Part shown: positions 57,886 through 60,540 of the stretch, in pieces
Numbering within the stretch: position 1 is the stretch's first letter
Layout of the letters: every line of letters starts with the position of its first letter
Source: an uncultured Anaerolineaceae bacterium
Lineage (GTDB): Bacteria > Chloroflexota > Anaerolineae > Anaerolineales > Anaerolineaceae
Assembly (NCBI GenBank): GCA_964584065.1
Contig: CAZOYK010000001.1
Span: 1 to 60,540, forward strand
Direction of reading: 5' to 3'
Length of the DNA stretch: 60,540 nucleotides
Notes under the pieces: generated by a model
The model's database searches: none
What the model was told of the DNA's origin: nothing
What the model saw: only the letters and a program-made list of their open reading frames with translations
Position numbers and translations under genes: made by a program

Positions 57886-58866
57886 ATGAAGAACGTATTA
57901 GTCTCTGCCCCATACATGCTGCCTTTCATGGATCGGTTTGGTCCTGTCCTGGATCATTTTGGCATCCACCCCATTATCCCGGAAGTGCATGAACGGCTTG
58001 AAGCGGAGGAAATTCTGCGCTATGCCGGTCAGTTCGAGGGCGCCATCTGCGGCGACGACCGCTACAACGCCGATGTCATCAAAGCCTGTCTGCCCGCTCT
58101 TAAAGTGATTTCCAAGTGGGGCACCGGCATTGACTCGATCGACAAAGTAGCTGCTGAAGCCATGGGCGTGCGCGTCATGAACACCCCGAACGCCTTCACC
58201 GTGCCTGTGTCTGAAAGCGTTATGAACAGCATGCTCAATTTCGCCCGCCTTCAGCCCTGGATGGACCACGCTATGAAAAATGGGGTTTGGAACAAAATTC
58301 CCGGGCATACCCTGAGCGAATCAACCCTTGGCGTGGTTGGCGTAGGCAACTGCGGAAAAGCCGTCCTTAGAAGGGCGCGCACCTTTGGCATGAAGTTGCT
58401 GGGGAACGACATCGTTGAGATCGCGCCCGACTTCCTGGTGGAAAACGGCGTGGAGATGACCACCCTCGAGGATCTGCTGCAGCGCGCGGATTACATCAGC
58501 CTCAACACCACCCTGACACCCACTGCCTATCATCTGATCAATGCGGAAACCCTGCGCCTGGTCAAACCCAACGCGGTGCTGATCAACACCTCGCGCGGAC
58601 CAGTGGTGCATGAGGTCGCGCTGATTGAAGCCCTGCAGGATGGACGCCTGCGAGGAGCGGCGCTGGATGTGTTTGAGCAGGAACCTCTGCCGCTGGACAG
58701 CCCGCTGCTGCAGATGGATAACGTCATGCTCTCGCCCCACAACACCAACAGCAGCCCATTTTATTGGGAACGCGTACACTGGAACACCCTGCGTAATTTG
58801 CTGATCGGGCTGGATATTCCGGTGGGCGATATCGCCAGCCTCAAAGCGCTCGAAAAAGGCGCATAA
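57886..58866 (+). CDS. D-isomer-specific 2-hydroxyacid dehydrogenase family protein
   Basis: GVVGVGNCGKAV NAD motif, LINTSRGPVV, DVFEQEPLP, SPHNT. Confidence 0.8.
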   Translation: MKNVLVSAPYMLPFMDRFGPVLDHFGIHPIIPEVHERLEAEEILRYAGQFEGAICGDDRYNADVIKACLPALKVISKWGTGIDSIDKVAAEAMGVRVMNTPNAFTVPVSESVMNSMLNFARLQPWMDHAMKNGVWNKIPGHTLSESTLGVVGVGNCGKAVLRRARTFGMKLLGNDIVEIAPDFLVENGVEMTTLEDLLQRADYISLNTTLTPTAYHLINAETLRLVKPNAVLINTSRGPVVHEVALIEALQDGRLRGAALDVFEQEPLPLDSPLLQMDNVMLSPHNTNSSPFYWERVHWNTLRNLLIGLDIPVGDIASLKALEKGA

Positions 58867-58888
58867 TTCTGACAGAAGAGGACTTACC

Positions 58889-59653
58889 ATGAGCGATTCA
58901 AAGAAAACCATCCTGATCACCGGCGCCGCTGGCGGCGTGGGGCGGGCGACCGTGAAGCTCTTCCACGAACGCGGCTTCCGGGTGATTGGCGTTGACCGAC
59001 AGAGCGTTTACCCGGAATTCCCTGAAGATGGTCTGTTCATCCAGGCAGACATCTCCATTCCCGAGAACCTTGAGAAGATCTTCGTCCAAGCGACCCAATT
59101 CACACCCACTCTGGACGTGCTGGTGAACAATGCCGGCTTCCAGGTGACCAAACCCCTGGTTGAGACGACGGTGGAAGAGTGGGATATGGTGATGGCTTCG
59201 AACCTGCGCTCAGTCTTCCTGGGTGCCAAGCTGGCTTACCCGCTGCTAAAAGCGGAAGGCGGCGGCGCAATCGTGAACGTTTCATCGGTGCATGCCGTGG
59301 CTACCAGCGCTAACATTGCGGCTTATGCTGCCAGCAAAGGCGGACTGCTCGCATTGACCCGAGCCATGGCGATCGAATTCGCGCCGGATAACATCCGCGT
59401 GAACGCCGTGCTGCCCGGGGCAGTCGACACGCCCATGTTGCGTGCCGGTTTCCACCGCGGACGAGATGACGAGGCGTCCGAAGAGAGCCAGCTGGCAGCC
59501 CTGGCAGCCAAAACCGTCAACGGACGCGTAGCGCTGCCCGAAGAAATCGCATCCGTGATCTACTTCCTGGCAGATGCAACCCAGTCCAGCTTTATCACCG
59601 GGCAGGGCTTGCTGGCTGATGGCGGAGCCACCTGCCGCTTGAGCACGGAGTGA
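58889..59653 (+). CDS. SDR-family oxidoreductase
   Basis: ITGAAGGVGRA, NNAG, YAASKGG. Confidence 0.8.
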   Translation: MSDSKKTILITGAAGGVGRATVKLFHERGFRVIGVDRQSVYPEFPEDGLFIQADISIPENLEKIFVQATQFTPTLDVLVNNAGFQVTKPLVETTVEEWDMVMASNLRSVFLGAKLAYPLLKAEGGGAIVNVSSVHAVATSANIAAYAASKGGLLALTRAMAIEFAPDNIRVNAVLPGAVDTPMLRAGFHRGRDDEASEESQLAALAAKTVNGRVALPEEIASVIYFLADATQSSFITGQGLLADGGATCRLSTE

Positions 59654-59655
59654 GC

Positions 59656-60462
59656 ATGAGCCAGCCAAACCCAACCCCTGAATTGTCTTCCCTGGGTCGC
59701 CTTGCCCGCAATGGCTACGACTTCCTCAAGCGCGTTCCTGAGCTCCCTGCCGCTTACCTGCACCCCTGGCGGCGCGAATCCCGCCGCAGGCTGGCACAGT
59801 TGAAGGATAGCCACAAAGGAGAACGCTGTTTCATCGCCGGCAACGGTCCTTCCCTCAAGAACACAGACCTCAGCCGGCTCAAGAACGAGTTCGCCATCGG
59901 TATGAATCGGGTCTTTTTGGCTTCCGAGGAGCTTGGTTTCACCCCGAGCTGCCTGGTGTGCGTCAATGATTTGGTGGTGGAACAATCCGTGCCCGAGTTC
60001 AATGCCCTGCAGATGCCCAAGTTTTTCTCCTGGCGTGCCAGCAAGTGGCTACGGATGGATGACTGGACGCACTTCATCTACACCACCTACACCACACCAA
60101 AATTCTCGACTGATGTACGCAATCGGGTTTGGGAAGGCGCCACGGTGACCAACGTTTGTCTGCAATTGGCTTACCACATGGGTTTTCAGGAAGTGATCCT
60201 GATCGGCGTCGACCACAGCTTCGCCACCAAGGGCAAACCCAATACCACGGTGCAATCCGAAGGCGATGACCCCAACCATTTCTCCGCCGCTTACTTTGGT
60301 AAGGGCTTCCGTTGGCAGCTGCCGGACCTGGAGACCTCCGAAATGGGCTATCGCATGGCTCGCCAGGCTTACGAAAAAGCTGGCAGGCGCGTTTTGGACG
60401 CGACCATCGGCGGCAAACTGGAAATCTTCGAAAAGGTCAACTACGAAAGCTTGTTTGGGTAA
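59656..60462 (+). CDS. DUF115 / MptE-like protein (Maf / Cst-type sialyltransferase-like candidate nonulosonate transferase)
   Basis: CFIAGNGPSLKNTDL ... FAIGMNRVF ... VILIGVDHSF. GTG 59650 is an alternative start. Confidence 0.65.
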   Translation: MSQPNPTPELSSLGRLARNGYDFLKRVPELPAAYLHPWRRESRRRLAQLKDSHKGERCFIAGNGPSLKNTDLSRLKNEFAIGMNRVFLASEELGFTPSCLVCVNDLVVEQSVPEFNALQMPKFFSWRASKWLRMDDWTHFIYTTYTTPKFSTDVRNRVWEGATVTNVCLQLAYHMGFQEVILIGVDHSFATKGKPNTTVQSEGDDPNHFSAAYFGKGFRWQLPDLETSEMGYRMARQAYEKAGRRVLDATIGGKLEIFEKVNYESLFG

Positions 60463-60484
60463 AAACAGATCATTGGGTCAGAAG

Positions 60485-60540
60485 CCGATTGTGCCGGTCT
60501 CTGACCGAGCACAGAAGCCAGCCGGAGGCTTCCTCTTTTA
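60485..60540. repeat. Start of another family-B repeat cluster (truncated by the window end)
   Basis: CCGATTGTGCCGGTCTC at 60485-60501 matches CCGATCGTGCCGGTCTC at 33896-33912 and 28594-28606. Confidence 0.45.

Overview
A 60.5-kb bacterial chromosomal window, roughly mid-50s % GC by eye, with several clearly AT-richer patches. The protein signatures (LCP, VanW, LysM, site-2 protease, TsaE/TsaB/RimI, no outer-membrane genes) suggest a monoderm-type Chloroflexota/Anaerolineae-like genome. That taxon is my inference and is unverified. (i) 0-20 kb is a mosaic accessory region. It holds a NifU-like gene, a sulfatase-like membrane enzyme and a split ChlI/ChlD-like AAA+/vWA pair. One intact DUF35 Zn-ribbon/OB-fold gene follows, then three truncated ghost copies of its own 3' end plus terminator. 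Each ghost closes a cargo cassette: an AbiEii/AbiEi toxin-antitoxin pair, an 828-aa secreted lectin/Kelch protein, and a DUF2892 membrane peptide. Next come SDR, FAD-oxidoreductase and methyltransferase genes, and a peroxiredoxin-like gene whose first CxxC cysteine is an in-frame TGA (candidate selenoprotein). (ii) 20-29 kb carries cell-envelope genes: DegT-like, LCP, Trm112, VanW, LysM, a GIY-YIG::galactokinase fusion, a site-2 protease and DUF951. (iii) 29-34 kb carries housekeeping tsaE-tsaB-rimI-udg plus a nucleotide-sugar dehydrogenase and epimerase. (iv) 35.6-60.5 kb is a single-strand, translationally coupled ~25-kb glycan operon. It encodes a MarR-EPS regulator, fcl, a Wzm/Wzt ABC exporter, two NeuB-family synthases and three CMP-sugar-type cytidylyltransferases (one fused to a KdsC-like phosphatase). 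It also encodes three HP-motif KpsS/TagF-like GT-B transferases, a DUF115/GT42-like protein, GT2 and GT4 enzymes, two methyltransferases and several dehydrogenases. Together this looks like an ABC-transporter-dependent nonulosonic-acid glycopolymer system. Module borders (1-460, 28.57-28.98 kb, 33.8-34.1 kb, 60.48 kb to the end) are occupied by two families of hairpin-forming intergenic repeats. I recognised no rRNA, tRNA, CRISPR array, integrase or transposase gene. Many ORF-track starts were trimmed to the start codon that has an RBS or a stop/start overlap.
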